The notes: generated by a model from the letters alone, not told the origin. 64,000 bases of DNA from Candidatus Poribacteria bacterium (GCA_963665845.2 OY762492.1:2656001-2720000), one strand, 5' to 3'. Positions 17,566-27,312 are shown, numbered from the stretch's first letter. Made by a program: numbers and translations.

Positions 17566-18750
17566 ATGACGATGCGGATGATACTTTATACAGGAAAAGG
17601 CGGCGTCGGTAAAACCAGCGTGACCGCGGCGACCGCCATCCGCTTGGCGGAGATGGGTTATCGAACGCTCGCGATGTCGGTCGACCCGGCGCATTCGTTA
17701 GCCGATTCGTTCGATCTGGACCGGCGGCTCATGGACCACGGCGAAGGGCGCCCCGTGCAGGTGAGAGACAACCTGGACCTGCAGGAGATACTGATCCACG
17801 CCGAGGTGGAGCGGCACTGGTCGGTGGTGTACGGGTACATCGCAAAGCTGCTGAAAACCTCCGGGGTGGACGGCGTCGCCGCCGAAGAGCTTGCCATCTT
17901 TCCCGGCATGGAGGAAATCTGCGGGCTGCTGTACATCAACCAGTATCTCCAAGAGCAGACCTACGATGTCGTCCTGCTTGACTGCGCGCCGACGGGGGAG
18001 TCGCTCCGCTTTGTCAGCATCCCGACGACGCTCGACTGGTATATGTCAAAGGTGTTCAAGATGGAGCGGCGGCTGGCGACCATCGCGCGCCCCGTCATCA
18101 AAAAAGTCAGCTCCCTCCCGATACCGGAGGACAATTACTTCAGCAACATCGAATACCTGTTTGAGCGGCTTCAAGGAATCGACGCGGCGCTGCGCGATTC
18201 GTCCATCACAACGGTGCGCCTTGTGACGAACCCTGAAAAGATGGTGCTGAAGGAAACGCAGCGCGCCTTTATGTACTTCTGCCTCTACGGGCTGACCATC
18301 GACGGCGTCGTCATCAACCGCATCCTGCCGCCGGACATTCAGGGCGAGTTCATGGAATCGTGGCGCTCTCTTCAGCAGGGGTATCTGGAGGACATCGAGT
18401 CGTTTTTCAGCGGCGTTCCGATCTGGCGCATTCCGCTTTTTCAGGGCGAAGTGGTCGGCGAGTCGAGCCTCAAACGGCTTGCGGACGCGCTGTACGGCGA
18501 CGGCGACCCGTCCGAGCGGCATGCTGAAGAAGCGCCGATACGTTTTGAAAAGGTGGACGAAACGACGCATCTGTATATGCGCCTGCCGTTTGTGAAAGCG
18601 GAGGATATTGAGCTGTCCGCCTTCACAGACGAGCTGGTGGTTCAGATTGGCAACTTCAAGCGGCATGTGTCGCTTCCGCGCAGCCTCGCCGGACGAAAAC
18701 CGAGCGGAGCCAAGCGCAAAGGCGACATGCTCGACATCGCATTCGACTAA
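17566..18750 (+). CDS. ArsA/GET3 family ATPase with C-terminal HSP20-like domain (Get3d type)
   Basis: GKGGVGKT, DPAHSLADSF, DCAPTG, VTNPEKMV; C-terminal LPF...DELVVQIGNFKRHVSLPRSL. Confidence 0.9.
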   Translation: MTMRMILYTGKGGVGKTSVTAATAIRLAEMGYRTLAMSVDPAHSLADSFDLDRRLMDHGEGRPVQVRDNLDLQEILIHAEVERHWSVVYGYIAKLLKTSGVDGVAAEELAIFPGMEEICGLLYINQYLQEQTYDVVLLDCAPTGESLRFVSIPTTLDWYMSKVFKMERRLATIARPVIKKVSSLPIPEDNYFSNIEYLFERLQGIDAALRDSSITTVRLVTNPEKMVLKETQRAFMYFCLYGLTIDGVVINRILPPDIQGEFMESWRSLQQGYLEDIESFFSGVPIWRIPLFQGEVVGESSLKRLADALYGDGDPSERHAEEAPIRFEKVDETTHLYMRLPFVKAEDIELSAFTDELVVQIGNFKRHVSLPRSLAGRKPSGAKRKGDMLDIAFD

Positions 18751-18761
18751 GGGGTAGTACT

Positions 18762-18928
18762 CTGACCTCTGCCTAAAGTTGGGACATCTGAACCGACGAT
18801 CGCTCTATTCATGGGAAAAAGGCTCCGCTTACCAGGCCGTCATTCCCGCGCAAGCGGGAATCCAGAGTCCACCTCGAAACCGTCCGCATTCGTCTGCCGA
18901 CATGTCCCAACTAAAGACGTAAGGGCAA
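18762..18928 (+). mobile_element. ~167-bp MITE-like element with imperfect terminal inverted repeats
   Basis: Left CTGACCTCTGCCTAAAGTTGGGACA; right TGTCCCAACTAAAGACGTAAGGGCA; internal ATTCCC-N8-GGGAAT. Confidence 0.75.
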
Positions 18929-18994
18929 CCCTAGCCCCCCTTTTCAAGGGGGAATCGGACGCGACTCGAATATCCCATATGAGCGTACTATCGA

Positions 18995-20314
18995 CTAAGG
19001 CAGAAGACCGCCGACCGCCCGCGCCAGCCGCGCCGCCGCGGCCGCCGCGTCATGGGCGGCGCGCAGCTGATTCAGCTCTGTTTGCGTCCGCTGCAGCTCT
19101 ATGTCCGCCAGCTCAACGCTCGTGATCAGCCCGTTTTCAAACGACAGGTTTGCAATGCGCAGCGCCTCTTCCGCCTGTTGGACCGCCTCGTTGAGCGCCT
19201 CAAGCGACGCCTTCGCTTCTTGATAGGCGAGATACGCCTGCCGCGTTTCCAGCTCCACGCCGCGCTTCAGCGCCTGAACCGCCAGCGACGCCTGCGCGAG
19301 ACGCGCCTCCGCCGTCTGCGTTTGCGCCTTCGCTGCGAACCCGTCAAAGATCGGAAACGAGACGCCGACGCCGGTTGACCAGACGCTCTGCGCGTTCTGC
19401 TTCTCGTTGTCGCTCCAGGAGCCTGTCCAGGTGAGGGCGACGTTCGGCTTGTTGGCGGCTTTGGCGATCTGAACGCCGCGCATGGCGGCGTCGGCGAGCG
19501 CCTGCGCCTCTTTCAGCTCATGCCTGTTCATGCGCGCCGTTTCGATCAGTTCCTCCAGCGGCGCCTCCACCGGTTCGTGTTGGAAGTTTCCGACTGCCTT
19601 GAATTCCAGGTCGGAGTCTTCGCCGATGGAGACGGCAAGGGCGCTCATGGCGAGGGCGCGGGCGTTGTCGGCGCGCATGGCGTCCGCGCCGGCGTTCGCT
19701 TTGGCGACATTCGCTTGAAGCAGGTCCAGCTGCGTCGCCGCGCCGGCTTCCATGCGCAGCTGTACGATGTTGAGCCGCCGTTCGGTTTGCTTTAGGGCGC
19801 GCTGGGCGGTTTCTGCGGCTTTTTCGGCGAAGAGCGCCGCATAAAAATACTCGGCGGTCTGCAGGGCGGTACGCTGTTTTACGGCGTTCAACGCCTCCAT
19901 TTCCGCCTGTACCGTTTTGTCGGCGGCTTGGACGGCGCGGGTCGTTTTCCACCAAGTGAAGATCGGCCACTGTATCTGCGCGATGCCGCGGTAATCATGG
20001 CGGGTCCCGAATTCGATCTCGATCGGGTCGCCGTTCTGCGCCGGGTCTTGAACGCCTGGAAACCCGTCAAAGTCGAGCGCCTGTTTCAGCAGGATCCCGT
20101 TGTAGAGGTAGGAGCCGGTGAGGTTGAGCGACGGCAGCCGCTGGGCGCGGGCGGCTCTGGCTTGCGCGCGGGCGGCTTCGACGCTTTTCTCGGCGATCTG
20201 GACAGGTTCCGACTTTTGAAGCGCGCGTTCAATCGCCTGCTCTAAGGTGAAGGCGTTCTCGGCGGCGGGCGCCGGCTGCGCCAGAAGAAGCGCCGCAAGA
20301 AGAATACATGGCAT
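18995..20314 (-). CDS. TolC family outer-membrane efflux protein
   Basis: TLEQAIERAL, two OEP repeats, GVSFPIFDG, ENGLIT. Confidence 0.92.
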   Translation of the reverse strand: MPCILLAALLLAQPAPAAENAFTLEQAIERALQKSEPVQIAEKSVEAARAQARAARAQRLPSLNLTGSYLYNGILLKQALDFDGFPGVQDPAQNGDPIEIEFGTRHDYRGIAQIQWPIFTWWKTTRAVQAADKTVQAEMEALNAVKQRTALQTAEYFYAALFAEKAAETAQRALKQTERRLNIVQLRMEAGAATQLDLLQANVAKANAGADAMRADNARALAMSALAVSIGEDSDLEFKAVGNFQHEPVEAPLEELIETARMNRHELKEAQALADAAMRGVQIAKAANKPNVALTWTGSWSDNEKQNAQSVWSTGVGVSFPIFDGFAAKAQTQTAEARLAQASLAVQALKRGVELETRQAYLAYQEAKASLEALNEAVQQAEEALRIANLSFENGLITSVELADIELQRTQTELNQLRAAHDAAAAAARLARAVGGLLP

Positions 20315-20353
20315 CGCGTATGTCTCCCGTATGCATAGGACGTCTACATACAG

Positions 20354-20382
20354 AATTTAGCGCGCAAGGCGCATAAGGTCAA
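20354..20382 (-). promoter_or_regulatory. Sigma70-like promoter of the tolC-like gene
   Basis: Minus strand TTGACC-N17-TAAATT. Confidence 0.5.
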
Positions 20383-20398
20383 GAAGCTCGGCAGTACG

Positions 20399-20556
20399 GC
20401 AGTACCTACAGGCGATGGCATTCATTTGCGCGGCGGCCCGATGTCCATGCTGTCATTCCCGCGCAAGCGGGAATCCAGAGGCGCCGTAGAGGCCGTCCGC
20501 GCCCCGCCCGTTATGACAAAGCCCCAGACCGTCTAAATCCTTTCATCCTAGTTCAG
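20399..20556. repeat. Mosaic intergenic repeat
   Basis: GCAGTACCTACAGGCGATG (also at ~62606), GTCATTCCCGCGCAAGCGGGAATCCAG, and ATCCTAGTTCAG (also at ~57582). Confidence 0.8.
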
Positions 20557-20639
20557 CAGAACAGCGTAACGCCCGCCCCCGCGCTTCGTTTACCATGCGC
20601 CGCGCCGATTCACACATAAACAGATAAGGACAGCCGCCC

Positions 20640-21056
20640 ATGCCGAGCGTGTATCTTCACTTCAACGGCAATTGCCGCGAAGCGTTTGAGTTTTACAGGT
20701 CTGTTTTCGGGGAAGAGTTCACGACCATCTCCGCCTTCCGCGACGCCCCCGTCGACATCCCTAATATCTCCGAAGACGACATGGACATGATCATGCATGT
20801 CAGCTTTCCCGTCTACGGCGACGAGCTGATGGGCAGCGACGTTCCCGACAGTTTCGGCTTGAACCAAGGCAACAACTTCGCTGTCAGCGTCTCTCCTGAA
20901 ACGCGCGGGGAGGCGGACGCGCTGTTTGCCGCGTTGTCGGAAGGCGGGAGCGTCCGCATGCCGATGAGCGACGCTTTCTGGGGCGGATACTTCGGCGCCT
21001 GCGTCGACAAGTTCGGCGTCGCCTGGTACATCAGCAGCGAGGACGTTTCTGAATAA
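20640..21056 (+). CDS. VOC/glyoxalase PhnB-like protein
   Basis: YLHFNGNCREAFEFY, IMHVS, LMGSD, FWGGYFG..VDKFGVAW. Confidence 0.92.
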   Translation: MPSVYLHFNGNCREAFEFYRSVFGEEFTTISAFRDAPVDIPNISEDDMDMIMHVSFPVYGDELMGSDVPDSFGLNQGNNFAVSVSPETRGEADALFAALSEGGSVRMPMSDAFWGGYFGACVDKFGVAWYISSEDVSE

Positions 21057-21074
21057 CGCGCGCTGTCACCGCAA

Positions 21075-21235
21075 TGAACAAAGCCTCTATTCATGGGAAA
21101 ATGCCCCGCTAACCAGGTCGTTTCCCGCTTCCGCGAGGACATGCATTCCCGCCTTTGCGGTGAAACGCGCGGGAATCCATCGGCGCCGCTAAGCGTTTTA
21201 ACCCCCAACCTCCTTTGAAAAGGGCGGGGGGTTTC
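21075..21235. repeat. Mosaic intergenic repeat
   Basis: CTATTCATGGGAAAA, CCGCTTCCGCGAGGACATGCATTCCCG and a long palindrome variant, shared with 45720, 57620 and 62530. Confidence 0.75.
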
Positions 21236-21292
21236 TGGCGTAACACAGCGGCGAACCGATACGTTCTTAAACATGGGCAGACCGCCGCCCGC

Positions 21293-21363
21293 GTATGTTG
21301 CCCTTGTATGTTGACCGCGTATGTTGCCCGTGTGTTGCAATGGGCGCGGGCGCGGGTTATGAT
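21293..21363 (+). promoter_or_regulatory. Promoter of the yvcK operon with four upstream direct repeats
   Basis: GT(A/G)TGTTG at 21293, 21306, 21319 and 21330; TTGCAA(21335)-N17-TATGAT(21358). Confidence 0.65.
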
Positions 21364-21402
21364 AGCCACAGACATTCACCGTCCTCCTCGAAAGGCGGCT
21401 TC

Positions 21403-22569
21403 GTGAAACCCTTGAACATCGCGTGTATCGGCGGAGGGACGGGACTCTCCACCCTGCTCCGAGGCTTCCGTCAGTATGCGGCGGCAAATGACGGCGGACC
21501 TTACGACATGGACGGGCTAACTGCGATCGTCTCCGTCTCCGACGACGGAGGCAGCTCCGGCAAGCTGATTGACGAATTCGGCGTCCTTCCCCCAGGCGAC
21601 ATCCGCAACTGCCTCGTCGCGCTCGCCGAAGAGAACGAAACGATGAGCCGTCTTTTTGAGTACCGGTTTGACAGCAACGGCGCTCTGCGCGGACACAGCG
21701 TCGGCAATCTGCTGCTCATCGCGCTCACCGACCTGTTCGGCACGTTTCCGCTCGCCATACGCGAAGCCGCCAGGGTACTTGCGGTGCGCGGGCGCATTCT
21801 CCCGGTGACCGTCGAACAGACGCTCCTGTGCGCCGAGCTGGTGGACGGCGAGATCGTCTGCGGCGAGTCGAACATTCCAGACCGAAGAAACCGCGCCCCG
21901 ATCCGCCGCGTCTTTTTAAAACGCCGACCCGAAAACGGCGCCGATGTGGAGGAGCTTGGAAGCGACTCGATCAAGGCGCATCCGGAGGCGGTCAAGGCGA
22001 TTGTGGAAGCGGACGCGGTCGTCATTGGGCCGGGGAGCCTTTATACCAGCATTCTTCCGAATATCGTTGTGCCTGAAATCGCGGACGCGCTGCGCCAGTC
22101 GAAAGCGCTCAAGGTTTATGTCGGAAACGTCATGATTGAGCCGGGCGAAACGGACGGGTTCTCGCTTTCTGATCATGTGAACGCCGTTCGGCGGCATGGC
22201 GACCTGCGCGTCGATTATGTGCTGGCGAATTCAGGTCTCGCGTCGGACGCGCTGCTGCGGCGGTACTACAAGCAGGCGCAGCAGGCGCAGCGCCCATCGG
22301 ACAACTCCAAACAGTGGACATCGTTCAACGACTTTATGGATCAGATCGACCCGAAGGCGGACCCGCGCGACCCGCCCGAACGCGCGCTTGTGCAGACGCT
22401 TTACCGCCCCGATGTGGACGATGTCTCCCCCGCCGAGATCGTGCAGGAGGATTTGATCAGGGAGGCGGACGTTCAGGAACGGGGCGAGACGCTGCGCGTG
22501 CTGCGCCATCATCCGCTCAAGCTTGCCGCCGCCATCGCGCGCCTGTTTGAGAACCGCTGCGGCAAATGA
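21403..22569 (+). CDS. yvcK: YvcK/GlmR (CofD-like UPF0052) UDP-GlcNAc-binding protein
   Basis: IGGGTGLSTLLRG, DDGGSSG, PPGDIRNC, GHSVGNL, GPGSLYTSILPN, PGETDG; GTG start at 21403. Confidence 0.92.
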   Translation: MKPLNIACIGGGTGLSTLLRGFRQYAAANDGGPYDMDGLTAIVSVSDDGGSSGKLIDEFGVLPPGDIRNCLVALAEENETMSRLFEYRFDSNGALRGHSVGNLLLIALTDLFGTFPLAIREAARVLAVRGRILPVTVEQTLLCAELVDGEIVCGESNIPDRRNRAPIRRVFLKRRPENGADVEELGSDSIKAHPEAVKAIVEADAVVIGPGSLYTSILPNIVVPEIADALRQSKALKVYVGNVMIEPGETDGFSLSDHVNAVRRHGDLRVDYVLANSGLASDALLRRYYKQAQQAQRPSDNSKQWTSFNDFMDQIDPKADPRDPPERALVQTLYRPDVDDVSPAEIVQEDLIREADVQERGETLRVLRHHPLKLAAAIARLFENRCGK

Positions 22570-25031
22570 TGAAGGCGCTGGACGAAGCGTTTGGATTTCC
22601 GCTCACAGAGACGCGCCCCGACATCGCCGAACGGCTTGCCGCCGCGCTTTCAGCCGAAACGCCCCGCCTCTCCGATGAGGAGATACGCCGCCGCCTTTCC
22701 ATTCAATGGGTCGTTCTGGCCGCCGGCAAGGGCAGCCGCATGGATCCGACGGGGCGGTTTAACAAGAACATTGATCTCTGGTTTGGAACGCAGAACGCTC
22801 TTCAGCGTGTTTGCCGCCATCTGCCGGGGACGCTTCCTCCGCTCGCAGTCGTCAGTCCAGCGATGGCGCGGCGCGTTTTAAAAAAAACGGACGGCGGAGA
22901 AACGCTCTCTGGACACATCTCTGGACTCCTGGACGAAGCGCGTCTGGACATCCGTCTTCGAGACCGTCTTTTTGGGAAGGGCGCGCCGCTGGCGGTTCAA
23001 CCGGCGCCGAACGGCCCTGGCGGGGCTGTCATGGCGGCGGAACCGTTTTTGCGCGCGTCTGAAGCGGAGCTGGCGGGCGTTCTTTACGGAGATGAACCGT
23101 TTGCGCCGCCGGACGCGGCGGTTGAAACGCTTGCCGCGTTCATTTGCGAGGGGGCGGACGCGGCGCTCTGCGGAAAGAAACCTGAAACGGTTGTCGGAAA
23201 GGGCGCCGTACTTTTCGACGAGGAGGGGCGGTTCTGCGGAACGCTGGAATGGCGCGACATGACGCCCGAAGAGCAGGAACGCATGCGCGCCCTGCATGAA
23301 ACGAACGACGCCGTCACGAACGCGGGCGTCTCCGTTTTCCGCCGCGAAACGATGCTGGAATTGCTCGGCTCGCTCTGGCTTCACAACGGGGCGGAATATC
23401 ATCATACCGATCTGTTTCGGCTTTTTTATGAGCGCGGTTTCAAAACGCATGCGCACATCTATGAAGGATTTATACCTTCTGGAGTGAACCGCTGGACGAA
23501 CGTTCTGGACGGGGAGGCGGCGCTTTTTGAGCGGGCGCGAAGGCGGCTTGCCGAGGAGGGCGTTCGCGTCTTGCCGGGCGCGCAGGCGCACATTGCACCG
23601 CACATTTCAAACGGAGAAAACAGGGAGAGCGGCGCGGCGTTCGGCGTCGGATGCGCTGTTTCGGGGAGGATCGTTGTCGGGGAAAAATGCGGCATCGGGA
23701 AGTATGTACATCTTTCAGACACCGTTTTAGAAGGCGAAACCAGCGTCGGCGACCGGGCGCGCGTCCGCGATTCAAGGCTGCGGAACGCCGCCGTGGACGC
23801 ATGCGACGACGGATCGCCGGTCGGCGCCGCCGTCAACCTGCTGCATACGCTGACAAACATCGACGGCTGCGCGCTTGAGAATGTTGTCGTCGGGCGGGGC
23901 TGCCGGCTTCAGAACGTTCAGGCGCGTTTTACGGTTCTGCCGCCGAATCTGCGTTTGCGGAATCGGCGCCTCGGCGTTTGGCGCGACCCGTCGCTTGGGC
24001 TGCCGTATGAGGAAACGCCGGCGCTCTACCGACTCGTCCCGGAGAGTTATCTGCCGGGCGTGTTCACCTTCGCCGACCGGAAGCATGAGCCTGACTGGGA
24101 GAAGCTGCGGGCGCATGTTCGGCGCATGTCGGTCGAAGAGCTGGCGCCGCGCCTCTCTCGAAGCGAAGAGACGCGGCGCGTTTTCATCCGCTGCGTTCAT
24201 CAGCTTCTGGACGCGCAGTTTGAGGGTCGACATCTCATCGACCCGTTGACGCCGGAGGAGCTGTGGGGGGTTCTGTATGAGCTGGCGCGGCTATGTTCAG
24301 GCAACCCCGATCCGTACGCCGCTGAAAAGCGCGCTTCCCGAAACGAAGCGGAGCGGCTTTTCAACCAAATGAACGGGCGGGGCATGGAATGGGAGCCGCT
24401 GCTGCGCGCCGCGGCCGCCGCCAACCTGATCGATTACAGCAGCGCGCGTATGACCGCCGCGATGCGCCTTAACCCAAACCTGCTCGCCGAAACGCTGGAA
24501 GAGGCGCAATCCAGACCCTTCGCCATCGACTCTTTCAAGGCGTTTGAACGGCTGCTGTTGAGCGGGGAGAAGCGGCGCGTTCTCTTGTTGACCGACAACG
24601 ACGGCGAGATCGTGTTCGATATAGAAATGGCGCGTCGGCTTGCGGCGGAGGGGCATCATGTTGAGATCGCCGCCCGTTCGTCCGCCGCCGGCAACGACAT
24701 GACAGCGTCCGATTTATCGGTTATACTGGGCGGGATGGACCTTCATATCGGCGTTATGGGCAGCGGCTCGCGTACGGCTGGAACAAACCTGTTTCAGGCG
24801 TCCGCCCGTTTTGCGCATGCGCTTCAAGAGGCGGACGTCGTCGTCTCAAAGGGGCAGGGAAACTGGTACACGACGCAGGGGCTGCGCAAGGACAGGTTTT
24901 ACATGCTGATGTCGAAGGGTATGACAGCGGAGCGGACGACCGGCGTTTCGGCGGAGGGGTTGATACTGGCGCATCTGTCCGCCGGCGCGGAGGGCGGTCG
25001 TCCGCTCATCGAAACTGCCCAGAACGAATAA
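22566..25031 (+). CDS. Fusion of a GlmU-like nucleotidyltransferase, a short left-handed beta-helix and a DUF89/ARMT1-like phosphatase
   Basis: N-terminal LAAGKGSRM, LYGDEP, NAG, EYHHTD, GVN; C-terminal DPYAAEK, ANLIDY, DNDGE, NDMT, SKGQGN. Confidence 0.8.
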   Translation: MMKALDEAFGFPLTETRPDIAERLAAALSAETPRLSDEEIRRRLSIQWVVLAAGKGSRMDPTGRFNKNIDLWFGTQNALQRVCRHLPGTLPPLAVVSPAMARRVLKKTDGGETLSGHISGLLDEARLDIRLRDRLFGKGAPLAVQPAPNGPGGAVMAAEPFLRASEAELAGVLYGDEPFAPPDAAVETLAAFICEGADAALCGKKPETVVGKGAVLFDEEGRFCGTLEWRDMTPEEQERMRALHETNDAVTNAGVSVFRRETMLELLGSLWLHNGAEYHHTDLFRLFYERGFKTHAHIYEGFIPSGVNRWTNVLDGEAALFERARRRLAEEGVRVLPGAQAHIAPHISNGENRESGAAFGVGCAVSGRIVVGEKCGIGKYVHLSDTVLEGETSVGDRARVRDSRLRNAAVDACDDGSPVGAAVNLLHTLTNIDGCALENVVVGRGCRLQNVQARFTVLPPNLRLRNRRLGVWRDPSLGLPYEETPALYRLVPESYLPGVFTFADRKHEPDWEKLRAHVRRMSVEELAPRLSRSEETRRVFIRCVHQLLDAQFEGRHLIDPLTPEELWGVLYELARLCSGNPDPYAAEKRASRNEAERLFNQMNGRGMEWEPLLRAAAAANLIDYSSARMTAAMRLNPNLLAETLEEAQSRPFAIDSFKAFERLLLSGEKRRVLLLTDNDGEIVFDIEMARRLAAEGHHVEIAARSSAAGNDMTASDLSVILGGMDLHIGVMGSGSRTAGTNLFQASARFAHALQEADVVVSKGQGNWYTTQGLRKDRFYMLMSKGMTAERTTGVSAEGLILAHLSAGAEGGRPLIETAQNE

Positions 25032-25049
25032 ACGAAGAGGAGTGAACGC

Positions 25050-25838
25050 ATGGAGGTGGTCGTCGCGCCGGACGTGGATCAATTCGCCGCGAACTGGCTT
25101 GTGGAGCAATGGGATGAGATCAGCGCCCTTGGGCTGGCGACCGGCTCCACCCCTGAAAATTTATACGGCTGGCTCATTCAGCGGTATTACGACGGCGACA
25201 TCTGTTTTGCAGACATGAACACATTTAACCTGGACGAGTACCTGTCGCTGGCGCCGAATCATCCGCAGAGTTACAGGGCGACGATTCACCGCCAGCTGAT
25301 TCAGTATGTGGACCTGAAGCCTGAAAATTTTCATGTGCCGCCGGGTTTGACGAACGATGTGGAGGCGGCGTGCGAAGCGTATGAGGACGCCATCGCGGTC
25401 GCGGGCGGCGTTGATGTGTGGATACTCGGCATCGGGCATGAGGGGCATATCGCGTTCAACGAGGCGCCGAGCGAGAAGGAGACGCGCACCCGGCTTGTGG
25501 ACCTGTCGGACAGCACCTTATACCATAACGCGCGCTTTTTCGACAACGATCTTTACCGCGTCCCGAAGCAGGCGATCACCGTCGGCGTGGCAACCATTTT
25601 AGAGGCGCGGAAGCTGCTGCTTCTGGCTAAAGGGGACGCGAAGGCGAAGCCCGTCGCGGACGCGGTGATGGGAAATCAGACGGAGAATTTAGCGGCGTCT
25701 TGGCTCCAAAGCCATGAGGCATGCGTCGTCGCGCTTGACCATGCGGCGGCGTCGGAGCTGCTGACGCGGGCGCCGGCAGGCGAGTCGGTCATCGAGAGCG
25801 CGGACGGGATACGGCATACGATCACCTTCGCCGCCTAA
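25050..25838 (+). CDS. nagB: Glucosamine-6-phosphate deaminase
   Basis: LGLATGSTP, TFNLDEY, HPQSY, LGIGHEGHIAFNE, VPKQAITVG. Confidence 0.92.
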   Translation: MEVVVAPDVDQFAANWLVEQWDEISALGLATGSTPENLYGWLIQRYYDGDICFADMNTFNLDEYLSLAPNHPQSYRATIHRQLIQYVDLKPENFHVPPGLTNDVEAACEAYEDAIAVAGGVDVWILGIGHEGHIAFNEAPSEKETRTRLVDLSDSTLYHNARFFDNDLYRVPKQAITVGVATILEARKLLLLAKGDAKAKPVADAVMGNQTENLAASWLQSHEACVVALDHAAASELLTRAPAGESVIESADGIRHTITFAA

Positions 25839-25859
25839 GGAAGCGTCCGCGCCGCTATT

Positions 25860-26032
25860 CGTCCCCCGCTCTCCGCGAGGACATGCATTCCGGGCGCGGC
25901 TAAAACCCCCCCAGCCCCCCTTTTCAAGGGGGGAGTCTAGAAACCCGCGCGATCCGCCGTCATCGGGCGGATCGTCATTCCCGCGCAAGCGGGAATCCAG
26001 AGTTCTCTCAGACAGCCTCCGCATTCCAAAAG
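25860..26032. repeat. Mosaic intergenic repeat
   Basis: CCGCGAGGACATGCATTCC; CTAAAACCCCCCCAGCCCCCTTTTCAAGGGGGGAGTCTAG; GTCATTCCCGCGCAAGCGGGAATCCAGAG; CAGCCTCCGCATTCCAAAA. Confidence 0.85.
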
Positions 26033-26067
26033 ACCTCAAGAGGCTCCTTTGAGCGTTAGCTAATTGC

Positions 26068-27072
26068 CTAAAGCGGCTCCTCAAACAGCTCCGCGATTTC
26101 AACCATCGCCCGCCGTTCGTGCGACCGCGCGCATGCCTCAATAACCGCCAGCGTGTCCAGGTTGTTGCGCCCCGATATGCCAGGCTCAACGCCCTCCGCG
26201 ATGTACCGGTAAAAATCGTCCATGACGCCCTGCTCGGATCTGCCCGTCTGAACGAGCGGAACCGACTCCGCCGCGCCTGAATTGATCGGACGAAACTCGA
26301 CTCCGCCGACATCGTAAGCGCGGATGGTGCCTTTTGTTGTGTGGAAAAAGGCGCGGTAGAAGCTGTTCTGGGCGACGTGCGTCATTGTGTAGGCGCAGAC
26401 GGCGCCGCTCTCGTATTCGATGACGGCGCTGATGTTCGCGTTGTGCGGGGCGTATTTGCTCCACGAGGCGCCGTAGGTTTGCCCAATCGCCGTTTTGGGC
26501 CGCCCCAGAAAGAAGTTCAGGTTGTCAAAATGGTGGCAGCTCATGTCCCACATCATCGCGTTTTTGTAGTTGAGCGTGCGCGGCTCTGGGCGGTAGCGGT
26601 GGTGCGTTATGTCCATGAATTCGGCGTCGCCGTATGCGTCCGTTCCAAGCATGCTCTTGATGGTTTGCTCTACGGGGTTGTAGCGGTAGTTTTGCGAGAC
26701 GCAGAAGCGGCTTCCCGCCTGCTCCGCTTCTTGGACAAGCCGCCGCGCGAGGCTCCATTCCAGCGTCATCCCTTTTTCAACAAGCGCATGCAGCCCCGCC
26801 TCAAACGCGGCGCGCGCGATGGGCGCATGCATGACGGTCGGCGCGCAGCCGACGACCAGATCCGCCTCAACCGCTTCGGCGGCTTTGGCGGTGTCGTCGA
26901 AGCAGGCGCTCTCGGGCAGCCCCGTCTTTTGACGCGCGGCTGCAAGATGATTCGGGTTGATGTCCACCAGCGCGACCGACTCAAACCGCTCGTCCGCGCC
27001 GACCAGATCCAGCGGCCAACGCCCCCGTCCTCCTGTGCCGACATGAATCACGCGCAACGGCCGCTCCGACAT
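26068..27072 (-). CDS. Gfo/Idh/MocA family oxidoreductase
   Basis: Rossmann VGTGGRG, HALVEKG, SQNYRY, DMSCHHFD. Confidence 0.9.
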   Translation of the reverse strand: MSERPLRVIHVGTGGRGRWPLDLVGADERFESVALVDINPNHLAAARQKTGLPESACFDDTAKAAEAVEADLVVGCAPTVMHAPIARAAFEAGLHALVEKGMTLEWSLARRLVQEAEQAGSRFCVSQNYRYNPVEQTIKSMLGTDAYGDAEFMDITHHRYRPEPRTLNYKNAMMWDMSCHHFDNLNFFLGRPKTAIGQTYGASWSKYAPHNANISAVIEYESGAVCAYTMTHVAQNSFYRAFFHTTKGTIRAYDVGGVEFRPINSGAAESVPLVQTGRSEQGVMDDFYRYIAEGVEPGISGRNNLDTLAVIEACARSHERRAMVEIAELFEEPL

Positions 27073-27147
27073 CGCCTTCTCCGTTTCTTCGTTTTTGTAC
27101 GCGCCCGCATCCTACCGCCGTCTGTTCAAAAACGCAAACGCGCCTTA

Positions 27148-27312
27148 CTGACCTTGCGTCTTTAGTTGGGGCATGCGGGCGGGCGAACGCGGACGGTTTC
27201 GGCGGCGCTTCTAGATTCCCGCTTGCGCGGGAGTACGATCTGGTTTGCGGCGCTTTTCCCATGAATAAAGGCTTTGTTCGTTCAATGGTCTCTACTTTAT
27301 GCATGAGGTCGG
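27148..27312 (-). mobile_element. ~165-bp MITE-like element, reverse orientation
   Basis: CTGACCTTGCGTCTTTAGTTGGGGCA ... TCTACTTTATGCATGAGGTC; collinear with 18762-18928. Confidence 0.75.

Noticed and set aside
17566-18750. Arsenic resistance locus
   Set aside because: No arsB/acr3/arsC/arsR/arsD; the single ATPase domain plus HSP20 tail indicates a Get3d type
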